Below, in pieces: positions 19,758-29,096 of a DNA stretch of 64,000 nucleotides. The notes beneath the pieces were generated by a model. That model was not told where the DNA came from and made no database searches. It saw only the letters and a program-made list of their open reading frames with translations. The DNA is taken from NCBI GenBank assembly GCA_024404145.1, contig JAKSQK010000002.1, forward strand, positions 168,646 to 232,645. The letters are read 5' to 3'. This DNA is from Clostridia bacterium (GTDB lineage Bacteria; Bacillota; Clostridia; Oscillospirales; Acutalibacteraceae). The position numbers were made by a program, and so were the translations under genes. Position 1 is the stretch's first letter. Each line of letters opens with the position of its first letter.

Positions 19758-20690
19758 TTAATTTTCGCCCGAATCGAGTCCGAATGTATGTATCATTCCC
19801 CGATTATTTCTCCAACCTTCTTTAACCTTTATCCAGATTTTAAGATTTGCCTTTATTCCGAAGAATTTTTCTATATCGTCTCTTGCCGAACTTCCGATTT
19901 TTTTAAGCATGGCTCCGCCTTTGCCGATAATGATTCCCTTATGGGTATCCTTTTCGCAAAAAACGGTCGCTTCAACCTCTAAAATCGGCTCACCGTTTGC
20001 GGTATCCCGCTCGTAAAATCTCTCTATATCAACCGCTATACCATGGGGAATTTCCTTTGCAAGAGAGCGCAAAAGTTTTTCTCTGATAATCTCGGCAACC
20101 ATAACCTTTTCGGACTGGTCGGTTACCTCGTCGTCGGGGAAAAAGTGGGGTGAATCTTTTTTGAATTTATCTATTTCGCCGACAAGAAGAGAAACGCCGT
20201 TGCCTGTTTTTGCCGAAAGCGGTACAACCGCATCAAAATCATATAGCGAAGAATAAACGGTTATAAGTCTTAAAATTTCTTCCTTATTTTCGAGCAAATC
20301 AATCTTATTGATAACCAAAACGGCGGGAAGTTTTTTCTCCATAAACCGAGCGATAAGTTCGGCTTCCGCCGAAGGAATATTATCTTTATCGACCGTAAAA
20401 TGCGGTTTTGCGTCAACAACAAGAACCGCCAAATCAACATCGGCCATTCCGTCGTTTACCGCTTTCATCATACTTTCTCCCAAAACATTTTTCGGTTTAT
20501 GAAGTCCCGGAGTGTCAATAAAAACGAACTGCGTTTCGCCTTTTGTGAGTATTCCCATTATTCTCGTTCTCGTCGTTTGCGGTTTGCTCGAAACAATGGC
20601 AACCTTTTGACCGAGAATTTTATTCATTAAAGACGATTTGCCGACATTTGAACGGCCGACAAGCGTTACAAAAACTGATTTTTTGCCCAT
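19758..20690 (-). CDS. era: GTPase Era
   Basis: G1 GRSNVGKSS, G3 DTPG, G4 NKID, C-terminal KH domain. Confidence 0.95.
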   Translation of the reverse strand: MGKKSVFVTLVGRSNVGKSSLMNKILGQKVAIVSSKPQTTRTRIMGILTKGETQFVFIDTPGLHKPKNVLGESMMKAVNDGMADVDLAVLVVDAKPHFTVDKDNIPSAEAELIARFMEKKLPAVLVINKIDLLENKEEILRLITVYSSLYDFDAVVPLSAKTGNGVSLLVGEIDKFKKDSPHFFPDDEVTDQSEKVMVAEIIREKLLRSLAKEIPHGIAVDIERFYERDTANGEPILEVEATVFCEKDTHKGIIIGKGGAMLKKIGSSARDDIEKFFGIKANLKIWIKVKEGWRNNRGMIHTFGLDSGEN

Positions 20691-20693
20691 TTT

Positions 20694-21173
20694 TTACTCC
20701 TCTGCCGCAAGTCCCATAGCGGACAAGATTTCTTCTTCTTTTTTGCGCATGATTTTGCGTTCTTCTTCGCCGTTTACATGGTCATACCCCAAAAGATGAA
20801 GCATTGAATGAACGGTTAAAAAGGCAAGTTCCCGCTCTTGCCCGTGGCCGTACAACTCGGCTTGGGCTTTGGCGCGGTCAACCGATATTACAACATCGCC
20901 GAGCATTAAAAGTCCATTTTCGGGATTTAGGTCATACTCTTTGTCTTGCCCGAGCGGAAATGATAAAACATCGGTGGGTTTATCTATGTTTCTGAACCGG
21001 CTGTTTATAAGTTTTATCTGCTCATCGTCAACAAAGGTTACCTCTACTTCGGCGCCCTTTTCGAATTTCTCGTATTTAAGCACCGCTTTACATGCCTTTT
21101 TAACAAGCGCTTTTTCTTCGGCAGAAACCTTTTGCTTTTTATAATTATCGGTTATATTCACCTTAACGGTCAT
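20694..21173 (-). CDS. ybeY: rRNA maturation endoribonuclease YbeY
   Basis: Zinc motif HSMLHLLGYDH. Start uncertain (21194 or 21173). Confidence 0.9.
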   Translation of the reverse strand: MTVKVNITDNYKKQKVSAEEKALVKKACKAVLKYEKFEKGAEVEVTFVDDEQIKLINSRFRNIDKPTDVLSFPLGQDKEYDLNPENGLLMLGDVVISVDRAKAQAELYGHGQERELAFLTVHSMLHLLGYDHVNGEEERKIMRKKEEEILSAMGLAAEE

Positions 21174-22128
21174 ATCTGTTTCCGTCCTTTTCATATGCCT
21201 TTATTATATCGGATACAAGCCGATGCCTTACAACATCCTTTGCCGTAAGATGCACGGTTTCTATTCCTTCAATGTTTTTAAGAATTGAAACGGCTTGTTT
21301 AAGCCCTGATTTTTTGCCGTCGGGCAGGTCGATTTGCGTTACATCGCCCGTTACAACTATCTTTGAATTAAAGCCCAAACGGGTTAAAAACATCTTCATT
21401 TGCTCTCTTGTTGTATTCTGCGCTTCGTCAAGGATAATAAAACTGTCGTCGAGTGTTCTGCCTCGCATATAGGCAAGTGGCGCAACTTCGATATCGCCCC
21501 GCTCATGACAGCGGTTAAAATTCTCGGCGCCGAGCATATCGAAAAGCGCATCGTAAAGCGGTCTTAAATACGGGTCTACTTTTTGCTGTAAATCGCCCGG
21601 CAAGAAACCGAGTTTCTCACCCGCTTCAACGGCAGGTCTTGTAAGAATAATGCGGTTAACGGTTTTAGCGCGGAATGCCGCAACCGCCAAAGCAACCGCA
21701 AGATAGGTTTTTCCCGTTCCGGCAGGGCCTACACCTATTGTTATCGTATTTTTTTCTATCGCTTCTATATATTTCTTTTGTCCGAGTGTTTTCGCCTTAA
21801 CGGGTCTGCCCTTTGAGGTAACGCAGATACAGTCGGCATCAATAAGTTTATCAATGGCCGAGTCGCTTCCGTCGTCCACCATATCCATAACAGAGCAAAC
21901 CGACTGTTCGGTTATGTTTTCGCCCTTGTTTATCATGGCAATAAGGCAGTTAAGCGCCCTTACCGCTTTGGTAACATTCTCGGCTTCTCCGCAAACTTTT
22001 ATCTGCCCCGAGAAAGAAGTTATCAAAACATCGTACTGCTTCTCTATCCGCTTAACATTTTCATCAAAATTGCCGAAAAGGTCTACCAACTGCTCAACCC
22101 TTTCAATATCGATAAACTGCTCAAACAT
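21163..22128 (-). CDS. phoH: PhoH-like ATPase
   Basis: Walker A GPAGTGKTYLAVA and Walker B IILDEAQN, 321 aa. Confidence 0.9.
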   Translation of the reverse strand: MFEQFIDIERVEQLVDLFGNFDENVKRIEKQYDVLITSFSGQIKVCGEAENVTKAVRALNCLIAMINKGENITEQSVCSVMDMVDDGSDSAIDKLIDADCICVTSKGRPVKAKTLGQKKYIEAIEKNTITIGVGPAGTGKTYLAVALAVAAFRAKTVNRIILTRPAVEAGEKLGFLPGDLQQKVDPYLRPLYDALFDMLGAENFNRCHERGDIEVAPLAYMRGRTLDDSFIILDEAQNTTREQMKMFLTRLGFNSKIVVTGDVTQIDLPDGKKSGLKQAVSILKNIEGIETVHLTAKDVVRHRLVSDIIKAYEKDGNRYDR

Positions 22129-22183
22129 ACCTTTTCACCTCTTTATTTATTTTACCATATTTATTGTATTATTGTCAACGAAA

Positions 22184-22214
22184 GCAAAAAACGGAGCGGT
22201 TTTTACCGCTCCGC
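22184..22214 (-). terminator. rho-independent terminator after the transketolase genes
   Basis: On the minus strand: CGGAGCGGT-aaaa-ACCGCTCCG followed by TTTTTTG. Confidence 0.8.
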
Positions 22215-22230
22215 ATAAAAACAGATTTAA

Positions 22231-23178
22231 TTATTTTTTAAGAGAAATTGCTTTTTTTGCTTTTTCGGCGATATTAACAGCTCTTAGCCCGAACTCGTCG
22301 AGAAGTTTTGCGGCAGGTCCGGAATGACCGAATGTATCATAAACACCGAGTTTTACAACCGGAACGGGGTATTCTTCGCCGACAACCTCGCCGACAGCGG
22401 AACCTAATCCGCCGATAACCGAATGTTCTTCGGCGGTAACAATAGCGCCCGTTTCTTTTGCTGCTTTAAGGATAATATCTTTATCTATCGGTTTTATGGT
22501 CGCCATATTTATAACCCTTGCGCTTATGCCCTCGGATTTCAGAAGTTCGTATGCTTCAAGCGCCTCTTTTACCATAAGACCGGTTGCGATAATCGTTACA
22601 TCGCTTCCCTCTTTAAGTTCAACGCCCTTTCCGATTTCAAACTTATAGTCCTCGCCGAAAACAACCGGAACGGCAAGACGGCCGAATCTCATATAAACGG
22701 GGCCGTCAAGTTCCATAGCGGCATAAACGGCTTTTCTTGCCTCAACTTCATCGGCGGGGTTTATTATGGTCATACCGGGTATTGTCCGCATAAGTGCGAT
22801 ATCTTCGCAGCACTGATGAGTGGCGCCGTCTTCACCGACCGATATACCGGCATGGGTTGCGCCGATTATAACATTAAGATGAGGATAGCCGATAGAGTTT
22901 CTGACCTGCTCAAAAGCACGACCGGCGGCAAACATTGCAAAAGAGCTTACTACAACCTTTTTGCCCGTTGCGGCGATACCTGCTGCTATGCCCATCATGT
23001 TTTGCTCGGCAATTCCGCAGTCGTAAAATCTATCGGGAAATGCCTTTTTGAACATACCCGTCTGCGTTGCCGCAGCAAGGTCGGCGTCCATTACAACAAA
23101 ATCATCTCTTATTTTTCCGAGTTCTACAAGAGCGGTACCGTATCCTACTCTCGTTGCAACATTTTTAACTTCTGACAT
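22231..23178 (-). CDS. transketolase, C-terminal (pyrimidine-binding) subunit
   Basis: 315 aa. The YGTALVELG ... GIAEQNM ... HAGISVGEDGATHQ pattern matches the transketolase central/C-terminal domains. Split-gene arrangement. Confidence 0.9.
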   Translation of the reverse strand: MSEVKNVATRVGYGTALVELGKIRDDFVVMDADLAAATQTGMFKKAFPDRFYDCGIAEQNMMGIAAGIAATGKKVVVSSFAMFAAGRAFEQVRNSIGYPHLNVIIGATHAGISVGEDGATHQCCEDIALMRTIPGMTIINPADEVEARKAVYAAMELDGPVYMRFGRLAVPVVFGEDYKFEIGKGVELKEGSDVTIIATGLMVKEALEAYELLKSEGISARVINMATIKPIDKDIILKAAKETGAIVTAEEHSVIGGLGSAVGEVVGEEYPVPVVKLGVYDTFGHSGPAAKLLDEFGLRAVNIAEKAKKAISLKK

Positions 23179-23191
23179 AACGGCAACCCCC

Positions 23192-24034
23192 TTAATTCAT
23201 CTTGGCAAGAGCGTCTTTAAGCTCTGCCATGGCTTGTTCGTAAAGTTCGTCATTCGGAGCGGCGCCGTGCCAGTTAACTGCATTTTCCATATATGAAACG
23301 CCTTTTCCTTTAACGGTTTTTGCAATAATGGCAACGGGTTTTTTGCTTCCCGACGCTTTGTTTAATGCCTCTTCGATTTGCTCAAAATCGTTGCCGTCGG
23401 CAAGTATTACCGTTTCGAAACCAAATGCCTCAAACTTTTTATCAATGGGGTGCGGAGAGTTAACCTCTTCTACCGTACCGTCGATTTGAAGATTATTATT
23501 ATCAACAAAAATGACAAGATTATCAAGCTTATGATTACCGGCAAACATAGCCGCCTCCCAAACCTGACCTTCTTCTATCTCGCCATCGCCCAAAACGGCA
23601 TAAACCTTAAAATTATTGCCGAAATGTTTTGCCGAAAGAGCCATACCTACTGCCGCCGAAATACCTTGACCGAGCGAACCGGTTGACATATCAACGCCCG
23701 GTATTTTTTTAAGGTCGGGATGGCCTTGGAGCATACTTCCTATCTGGCGAAGACTTAAAAGTTCCTTTTCATCAAAAAATCCTCTTTGAGCCAAAACTGC
23801 ATAAAGCGCCGGAGCGGCATGTCCTTTCGAAAGAACAAAACGGTCTCTTTCCTCCCACTTTGGATTTTTCGGGTCAACCTTCATCTGCTTAAAATAGAGA
23901 TATGTTAAAATATCTACGCAGGAAAGCGAACCGCCCGGATGACCGGCTTTTGCGGCATGGATACCCTCAATAATCCCCATACGGGCTTTGAGGGCGGTTT
24001 TTTCGAGTTCAAGTTTTGTTTGCTTGTCCATCAT
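23192..24034 (-). CDS. transketolase, N-terminal (TPP-binding) subunit
   Basis: GHPGGSLS, SKGHAAPALYA and the GDGEIEEGQVWEA TPP motif, 280 aa. Confidence 0.9.
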   Translation of the reverse strand: MMDKQTKLELEKTALKARMGIIEGIHAAKAGHPGGSLSCVDILTYLYFKQMKVDPKNPKWEERDRFVLSKGHAAPALYAVLAQRGFFDEKELLSLRQIGSMLQGHPDLKKIPGVDMSTGSLGQGISAAVGMALSAKHFGNNFKVYAVLGDGEIEEGQVWEAAMFAGNHKLDNLVIFVDNNNLQIDGTVEEVNSPHPIDKKFEAFGFETVILADGNDFEQIEEALNKASGSKKPVAIIAKTVKGKGVSYMENAVNWHGAAPNDELYEQAMAELKDALAKMN

Positions 24035-24864
24035 TTTCTCCTTAAATCTGTTAAATAATCTATGAAATCGGCTACTGCGCCGTTTTCCGCACTCGCTGTT
24101 ACATAATTTGCAATTTCTTTTATCTCTTTCGGCGCCGTATTCGGAGCCGCGCCGATATCGGCGATTTTAAGCATTTCGAAATCATTATAGTAATCGCCTA
24201 TGGCAAAGAGGTTGCCCTTTTTTATGCCGAGCATATCGGCAAGTCGTTTTACACTTGCGGCTTTTGAAATTTCTTTCGGAACCTGCTCATAATAATATCT
24301 TTTTCTGCCGTAAAGGAACGCCGATGTATCAATAAACTTGCAAACATGGGGGTTGCTTTCGACAAATTTATGCATTTTTTCGATATCGTCTTTTCCGTTA
24401 AGCGTATAAAGAATTTTGTTAAATGTAATTTTCTCTGTCTGCTCTTTTGTTATTGCGTCGCTCGGCAGATTTTCGTATCTTTCGTGGTCGTCGGTTTCTG
24501 CCGTTTTATTGAAAACTCTGACATTCTCTTTATAATGGACCTCTATTCCGATATCGGGGAAAAGTTCCTTCGCTTTATACATAATTTCATAGTCTTCTTT
24601 TGGAATTGCCGTTTCGAAAACTATTTTTCGGCGCTCATAATCATAAATCATTCCGCCGTTTGAAAAAACTGCCTTTGATATGCCTTCTATCTTGCTTGTT
24701 ATGGCGCTTACGGCGCCGATACTCCTACCCGTTGCAAGAGCGAAAATTCCGCCGTTTTCCGAGAAAAATTTAATCTTTTCTATGTTGTCGGGCGGTATAA
24801 CACCGTCGTGTACGAGAGTTCCGTCGACATCACAGCAAAGAAGACATCCCTTAAAAAGTTTCAT
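24031..24864 (-). CDS. Cof-type HAD-IIB phosphatase
   Basis: Motif I DVDGTL and motif IV GDYYNDFEM, 277 aa. Confidence 0.8.
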   Translation of the reverse strand: MKLFKGCLLCCDVDGTLVHDGVIPPDNIEKIKFFSENGGIFALATGRSIGAVSAITSKIEGISKAVFSNGGMIYDYERRKIVFETAIPKEDYEIMYKAKELFPDIGIEVHYKENVRVFNKTAETDDHERYENLPSDAITKEQTEKITFNKILYTLNGKDDIEKMHKFVESNPHVCKFIDTSAFLYGRKRYYYEQVPKEISKAASVKRLADMLGIKKGNLFAIGDYYNDFEMLKIADIGAAPNTAPKEIKEIANYVTASAENGAVADFIDYLTDLRRK

Positions 24865-25781
24865 ACATTCCCCTTAGAACATCTATTCAGAAAATCTTTG
24901 AAATAATCGGGCAGGTCGCTCTCAAACTCCATTTTTTTGCCGTTCGGGTGGGTAAAACCGAGTTTTTTCGCATGAAGACACTGTCCGCCAAGATATGAAA
25001 TAACATTTTTCGGACCGTAAACATCGTCCCCCGCAACGGGGTGCCCTATATATGCCATATGAACCCTTATTTGATGAGTTCTGCCCGTTTCGAGCTTTAA
25101 TCTTATATGCGTAAAATTGCCAAAGCGCTCCAAAACCTTAAAGTGAGTTTTTGCATCTTTGCTGTTTTTTTCGGTAACCGCCATTTGCTTACGCTTTACA
25201 GGATGGCGACCGATAGGCGCTTCAACCGTTCCCGAATTCTCTTTTATGTTTCCGTAAACTACCGCCTCATACTCCCTTTCAAAACTATGCTCTTTTATCT
25301 GATTTGAAAGGCATATATGCGCCGTATCGTTTTTTGCTATCATCAAAAGTCCGCTTGTGTTTTTATCTATTCTGTGAACTATTCCCGGCCTTAAAACACC
25401 GTTTATTCCCGAAAGCGATTCTTTACAATGGAACATAACGGCATTTACAAGGGTATTATCGAAATTTCCGTTTGCCGGATGAACTACCATACCTTTTGGC
25501 TTGTTTACAACAAGAACATCGCCGTCTTCAAAAACAATATCAAGCGGAATGTCCTGCGGCTCGGCCTTATATTCGGCGGCTTTTGGAATTTCTATCTCTA
25601 TTTCGTCGCCTGATTTTAGTTTTTGCTTTTTGTTCGCAACCTTGCCGTCTACGGTTATTGCGCCCTCTTCGGCAAGTTTTGTTACCCTCGACCTCGAAAT
25701 ATCGGTTTTCTGCGCAACAAACATATCAAGACGGCAACTTTCGTCGCCGTCAAAAATCAGTTTAATTTTTTCCATTTTCAT
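24861..25781 (-). CDS. rluD: RluA-family 23S rRNA pseudouridine synthase (RluD-like) with S4 domain
   Basis: N-terminal S4 region and catalytic HRIDKNTSGLL motif, 306 aa. Confidence 0.85.
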   Translation of the reverse strand: MKMEKIKLIFDGDESCRLDMFVAQKTDISRSRVTKLAEEGAITVDGKVANKKQKLKSGDEIEIEIPKAAEYKAEPQDIPLDIVFEDGDVLVVNKPKGMVVHPANGNFDNTLVNAVMFHCKESLSGINGVLRPGIVHRIDKNTSGLLMIAKNDTAHICLSNQIKEHSFEREYEAVVYGNIKENSGTVEAPIGRHPVKRKQMAVTEKNSKDAKTHFKVLERFGNFTHIRLKLETGRTHQIRVHMAYIGHPVAGDDVYGPKNVISYLGGQCLHAKKLGFTHPNGKKMEFESDLPDYFKDFLNRCSKGNV

Positions 25782-26277
25782 TTTTTCTCAAAGCTTCGGC
25801 TTTAAGTTTTTTCTCTTTTATTTCTTTTACGCTGTCGATAATAAAATAAAGGCATAAAAGTCCGGCGCCTATACAAACAGCGCAGTCGGCAACATTAAAT
25901 ACGGGAAAATCGGGCCAAAACTCAAAATGCAGAAAATCTACGACCTCTCCTGCTGAAATACGGTCTATCATATTTCCTATTCCGCCCGATATAATAAGGC
26001 AAACCGCCCAAAACATAAGTTTGCTTTTTTCGGCATACTTTGCCAAAAACACTATAAGCAATGCCATAATAACAAGCGTAAAACCGAGCAAAACAAAGGT
26101 TTTTCCGCTTAAAACCCCCCAGGCACCGCCTCGGTTCGGGATAACCGTTATATCAATAATGCCTTTAATAAACGGTTTGGGTTCGCTGAACATAAGGGGC
26201 TTAAATACTGCCTTTGTAAAACGGTCAGCTCCCAAAAACAAAATGCCCGTAATAATTGCCAAAATATAAGAAATCAT
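25762..26277 (-). CDS. lspA: lipoprotein signal peptidase II
   Basis: NRGGAWG and FNVAD motifs, four TM segments, 171 aa. Confidence 0.9.
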   Translation of the reverse strand: MISYILAIITGILFLGADRFTKAVFKPLMFSEPKPFIKGIIDITVIPNRGGAWGVLSGKTFVLLGFTLVIMALLIVFLAKYAEKSKLMFWAVCLIISGGIGNMIDRISAGEVVDFLHFEFWPDFPVFNVADCAVCIGAGLLCLYFIIDSVKEIKEKKLKAEALRKNENGKN

Positions 26278-26291
26278 AGTAACTCCGAATT

Positions 26292-27170
26292 TTATTCTTC
26301 GCTGTCGTCGAAATTGATTTCGTTGACATCAAAGGTTTGCGTAACATAAAGTCCGTTATCTTCCGATTCGTCTTTTTGTTCGTCTTCCGTTTCTTCTTCC
26401 GGCTCTTCTGCAATTTCTTCTTCTGTTTCTTCTGTCGGCTCTTCCGCAATTTCTTCGACAGTTTCTTCTGTCGGCTCTTTTGCAATTTCTTCGACAGTTT
26501 CTTCTGTGAGTTCTTGCGCTTCGGATTCCTTTTCGGCTTCTGCCGACTTTTCTTCTATTTCCTTTTCGGCGTTAACGGCTGCCGTTTGCGGGTCTATTTC
26601 GGCAAAATCGGGAAGACTTGCCAAAATGGACAAGTGCTCTTTATACTTCTCGTTTATTTCTTTTTTGAACTCGGCAACTTCTCTTTTTATGTTGTTGAAA
26701 ATATCCTGCTGTTCGCAGACTGCTTTCTTTGTTGCCTTTTCAATGGCCTCTTTTTTCTCCTCGGCAACCTTTAAGATGCCCGAAAGTTCGTTTTCAAGGC
26801 GCTCTTTCTTTTCGGTTGCCTTCAAATCGAACTCACCTGCGATTTGTTTGCTTTTTTCGGTCATTTGGTCGATATTATTCTGGGCATCCATAACTATCTT
26901 TTTGGATTCGCTTTTGGCATCTTCAACTATTTTATCCGCCAACCTCTGAGCATTCAGCAAAACGCTTTGAATACTGCTCTGCGCCTCTTTGAGTTCGGCA
27001 ATTTGGGATTCGAGTCTATCTATTTTTTCTTCCTGTTTTTTGGTTATGGTTTCATACTTTTCAAGGTCTACCTCAACCTTATCAAGAAGAATGTCAACCT
27101 CATCCTTTTTGTATCCTGCCATTGAATTTGAGAATGTAACATTTTTAATTTCTGTTGAAGTTATCATCAA
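26292..27170 (-). CDS. divIVA: DivIVA-domain protein with acidic repeat tail
   Basis: N-terminal ITSTEIKNVTFSNSMAGYKKDEVDILLDKV DivIVA motif, coiled coil, E/T/P-rich C-terminus. Confidence 0.85.
   Translation of the reverse strand: MMITSTEIKNVTFSNSMAGYKKDEVDILLDKVEVDLEKYETITKKQEEKIDRLESQIAELKEAQSSIQSVLLNAQRLADKIVEDAKSESKKIVMDAQNNIDQMTEKSKQIAGEFDLKATEKKERLENELSGILKVAEEKKEAIEKATKKAVCEQQDIFNNIKREVAEFKKEINEKYKEHLSILASLPDFAEIDPQTAAVNAEKEIEEKSAEAEKESEAQELTEETVEEIAKEPTEETVEEIAEEPTEETEEEIAEEPEEETEDEQKDESEDNGLYVTQTFDVNEINFDDSEE
26400..26507. repeat. 3 x 36-nt in-frame tandem repeat inside divIVA
   Basis: cggctcttc(t/c/t)gcaatttcttc...tttcttctgt is repeated three times. It encodes TEETVEEIAKEP / TEETVEEIAEEP / TEETEEEIAEEP. 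Confidence 0.9.
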
Positions 27171-27178
27171 AACGCCCC

Positions 27179-27913
27179 CTAAATATACTTTTCATATCTT
27201 AAAATAATTCTGCCTTTTTTTGAAAGGTCGCTTAAAGATACAATATCAAATCTTCCTTTTCCCCTTATGGAGATACGGTCGGAAGAATTTATTTTCGCCG
27301 TAGGTTTAACCGCAAGAAAAGAGTTAACGCTGACAAGCGAATTGTTAATAATTTCGGTGCTTTTGTTTCTCGAAGCGCCGATAAGCGCAGAAACAACGCA
27401 GTCAAGTCGACAAGACGAAACGGTTGCCGTAAACTCCTGCTTTTTTCCGATTTCGGGGAGGGGATAGTTTACTTTCTCCGAAAGAGAAACACCTACTCTG
27501 CCCACCTTCGTTAACTGCGAAAGAATGAACTCGGAAACGGTTTTTTCAGCGAAAAATACGGCTCTGCCGTCTTCCGTTAAAATATCGCCGATTTTTTCCC
27601 TCGTTATTCCGAGCGACATCAACGCACCGAGAAAATCCCGATGGGAAAGCTTATCCTGATTACGGTAGGTTGCCGTTATGGCAACTATCGGAAAGGATAT
27701 GTTTTCGCACCATTTGGGCGACACGCAAAGGTATGTGCGAAGCGCCGAATCGTAACCGCCGAAAAAAGAAACTTTTGCGCCGATTCCCGAAAGTTCCGCT
27801 TTTGCTCTTGCCGATTCGCCCTCCGATAAAAACCCCAGAAATTCAGGTTTATCGTTTTTTTGCGAACGCTCGGCAATATCCTTTATGCGCGCCGAAAAAA
27901 TATTTTCATCCAT
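27179..27913 (-). CDS. ylmH: YlmH-like S4-domain RNA-binding protein
   Basis: C-terminal S4 motif (RLDCVVSALIGASRNKSTEIINNSLVSVN). Sits in the conserved sepF-ylmH-divIVA order. Confidence 0.75.
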   Translation of the reverse strand: MDENIFSARIKDIAERSQKNDKPEFLGFLSEGESARAKAELSGIGAKVSFFGGYDSALRTYLCVSPKWCENISFPIVAITATYRNQDKLSHRDFLGALMSLGITREKIGDILTEDGRAVFFAEKTVSEFILSQLTKVGRVGVSLSEKVNYPLPEIGKKQEFTATVSSCRLDCVVSALIGASRNKSTEIINNSLVSVNSFLAVKPTAKINSSDRISIRGKGRFDIVSLSDLSKKGRIILRYEKYI

Positions 27914-28368
27914 TAAAAGTAAATTTTGCCCTCATCGAACTCGTCGAGCATAAGTTCGCCCATAACATCAATGTTGCTTCCGACAATGATGAATGTATTA
28001 GCGGCAACTTTGCGGATATTTCCGCCGTTTGCATAGGCAACACCGCTTAAAAAGTCAACTATTCTTCTCGATTCTTCTCTGTTAGCAACTTCGAGGTTGA
28101 GCACAACGGTTTTGCCTAAGTTAAGATGGTCGGCTATCGCCTTTACATCATCAAACCTCTCGGGTTTAACAAGAACAACCTGCATTGAGCCCTGTTGAGC
28201 GCTGTTTGGCGCCTTTGATTTTATCAGTCTGGGGGCTATTTCTTTTTTTGCGACAGCAGATTTTTCGAGTTTTTCGTCTGACGGCAACTCCTCTTCCATA
28301 ATATCGTCTTCGAAATCATCCTCGTCAGGAATGGTCATAATGTTTTTGATGGTATCTAAAAGTCCCAT
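27913..28368 (-). CDS. sepF: cell division protein SepF
   Basis: 151 aa. N-terminal amphipathic MGLLDTIKNIM and a C-terminal SepF core (VVLVKPERFDDVKAIADHL ... VVLNL). Confidence 0.85.
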   Translation of the reverse strand: MGLLDTIKNIMTIPDEDDFEDDIMEEELPSDEKLEKSAVAKKEIAPRLIKSKAPNSAQQGSMQVVLVKPERFDDVKAIADHLNLGKTVVLNLEVANREESRRIVDFLSGVAYANGGNIRKVAANTFIIVGSNIDVMGELMLDEFDEGKIYF

Positions 28369-28379
28369 TTTTTACTCCT

Positions 28380-29096
28380 TTATTTATTGTTATATTCTCT
28401 TTTGCCGAAAAGCGCCGTACCGATTCTAACAAGATTTGCGCCGCATTTTATTGCCTCATCATAATCGTCCGACATACCCATCGACAAAATATTTATATTA
28501 TTATTATCTATATTTTCAGTACAAATGTCAATAAACAGTTTTTTCATTTTTCTGAAATATTCGGTATTTTTTTCGTTTTTTGAGCAAATTGGCGGAATTG
28601 CCATAAGCCCCCTTATGCGAATGCCCTCGAGTTTTGAGATTTTTTGAAAGTTTTCGCAAAGTTCCCATTCCTTAAATCCCGACTTTGAATCTTCGTTTCC
28701 GATATTTACTTCGAGCAAAATATCGGTTGTTTTTCTAAGTTTTAAGGAAACCTTTGAAATTTCATTTGCAAGGCGAAACGAATCTACCGAATGAATAAGT
28801 TCAACAAAGGGTACTATATCCTTAACCTTATTCGTTTGAAGATGTCCGATAAAATGTCTATGACAGTTTGAAAGACCGTCTTTTTTGGACAAAAATTCCT
28901 GAACTCTGTTTTCGCCGATATATTCAATTCCGCTTTCTATTGCATGGTTTATGGTATCAACATCAACCGTTTTTGTGGCGGCAAGAAGGGTTATATCTTC
29001 CTTTTTTCTGCCCGAAGCGGCGGCACTTTCTTCAATTTTTTTCAAAATTTCTTTATAGTTTTCATCAAATATCTCAGCCGATGATTTTTCCGTCAT
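28380..29096 (-). CDS. yggS: YggS/YlmE-family PLP homeostasis protein
   Basis: LLAATKT (PLP lysine), HFIGHLQTNK and SMGMSDDY motifs. Confidence 0.9.
   Translation of the reverse strand: MTEKSSAEIFDENYKEILKKIEESAAASGRKKEDITLLAATKTVDVDTINHAIESGIEYIGENRVQEFLSKKDGLSNCHRHFIGHLQTNKVKDIVPFVELIHSVDSFRLANEISKVSLKLRKTTDILLEVNIGNEDSKSGFKEWELCENFQKISKLEGIRIRGLMAIPPICSKNEKNTEYFRKMKKLFIDICTENIDNNNINILSMGMSDDYDEAIKCGANLVRIGTALFGKREYNNK

Noticed and set aside
22423-23175. 250-aa plus-strand ORF opposite the transketolase C-terminal subunit
   Set aside because: It is a shadow frame of a strongly supported gene. It is Cys/Phe/Tyr-rich with no recognisable motif or RBS.
26225-26774. Lys/Arg-rich (26225..26485, minus) and Phe/Cys-rich (26337..26774, plus) ORFs
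   Set aside because: They are alternative-frame read-outs of the GAA/GAG-rich acidic repeat of divIVA and are not independent genes.
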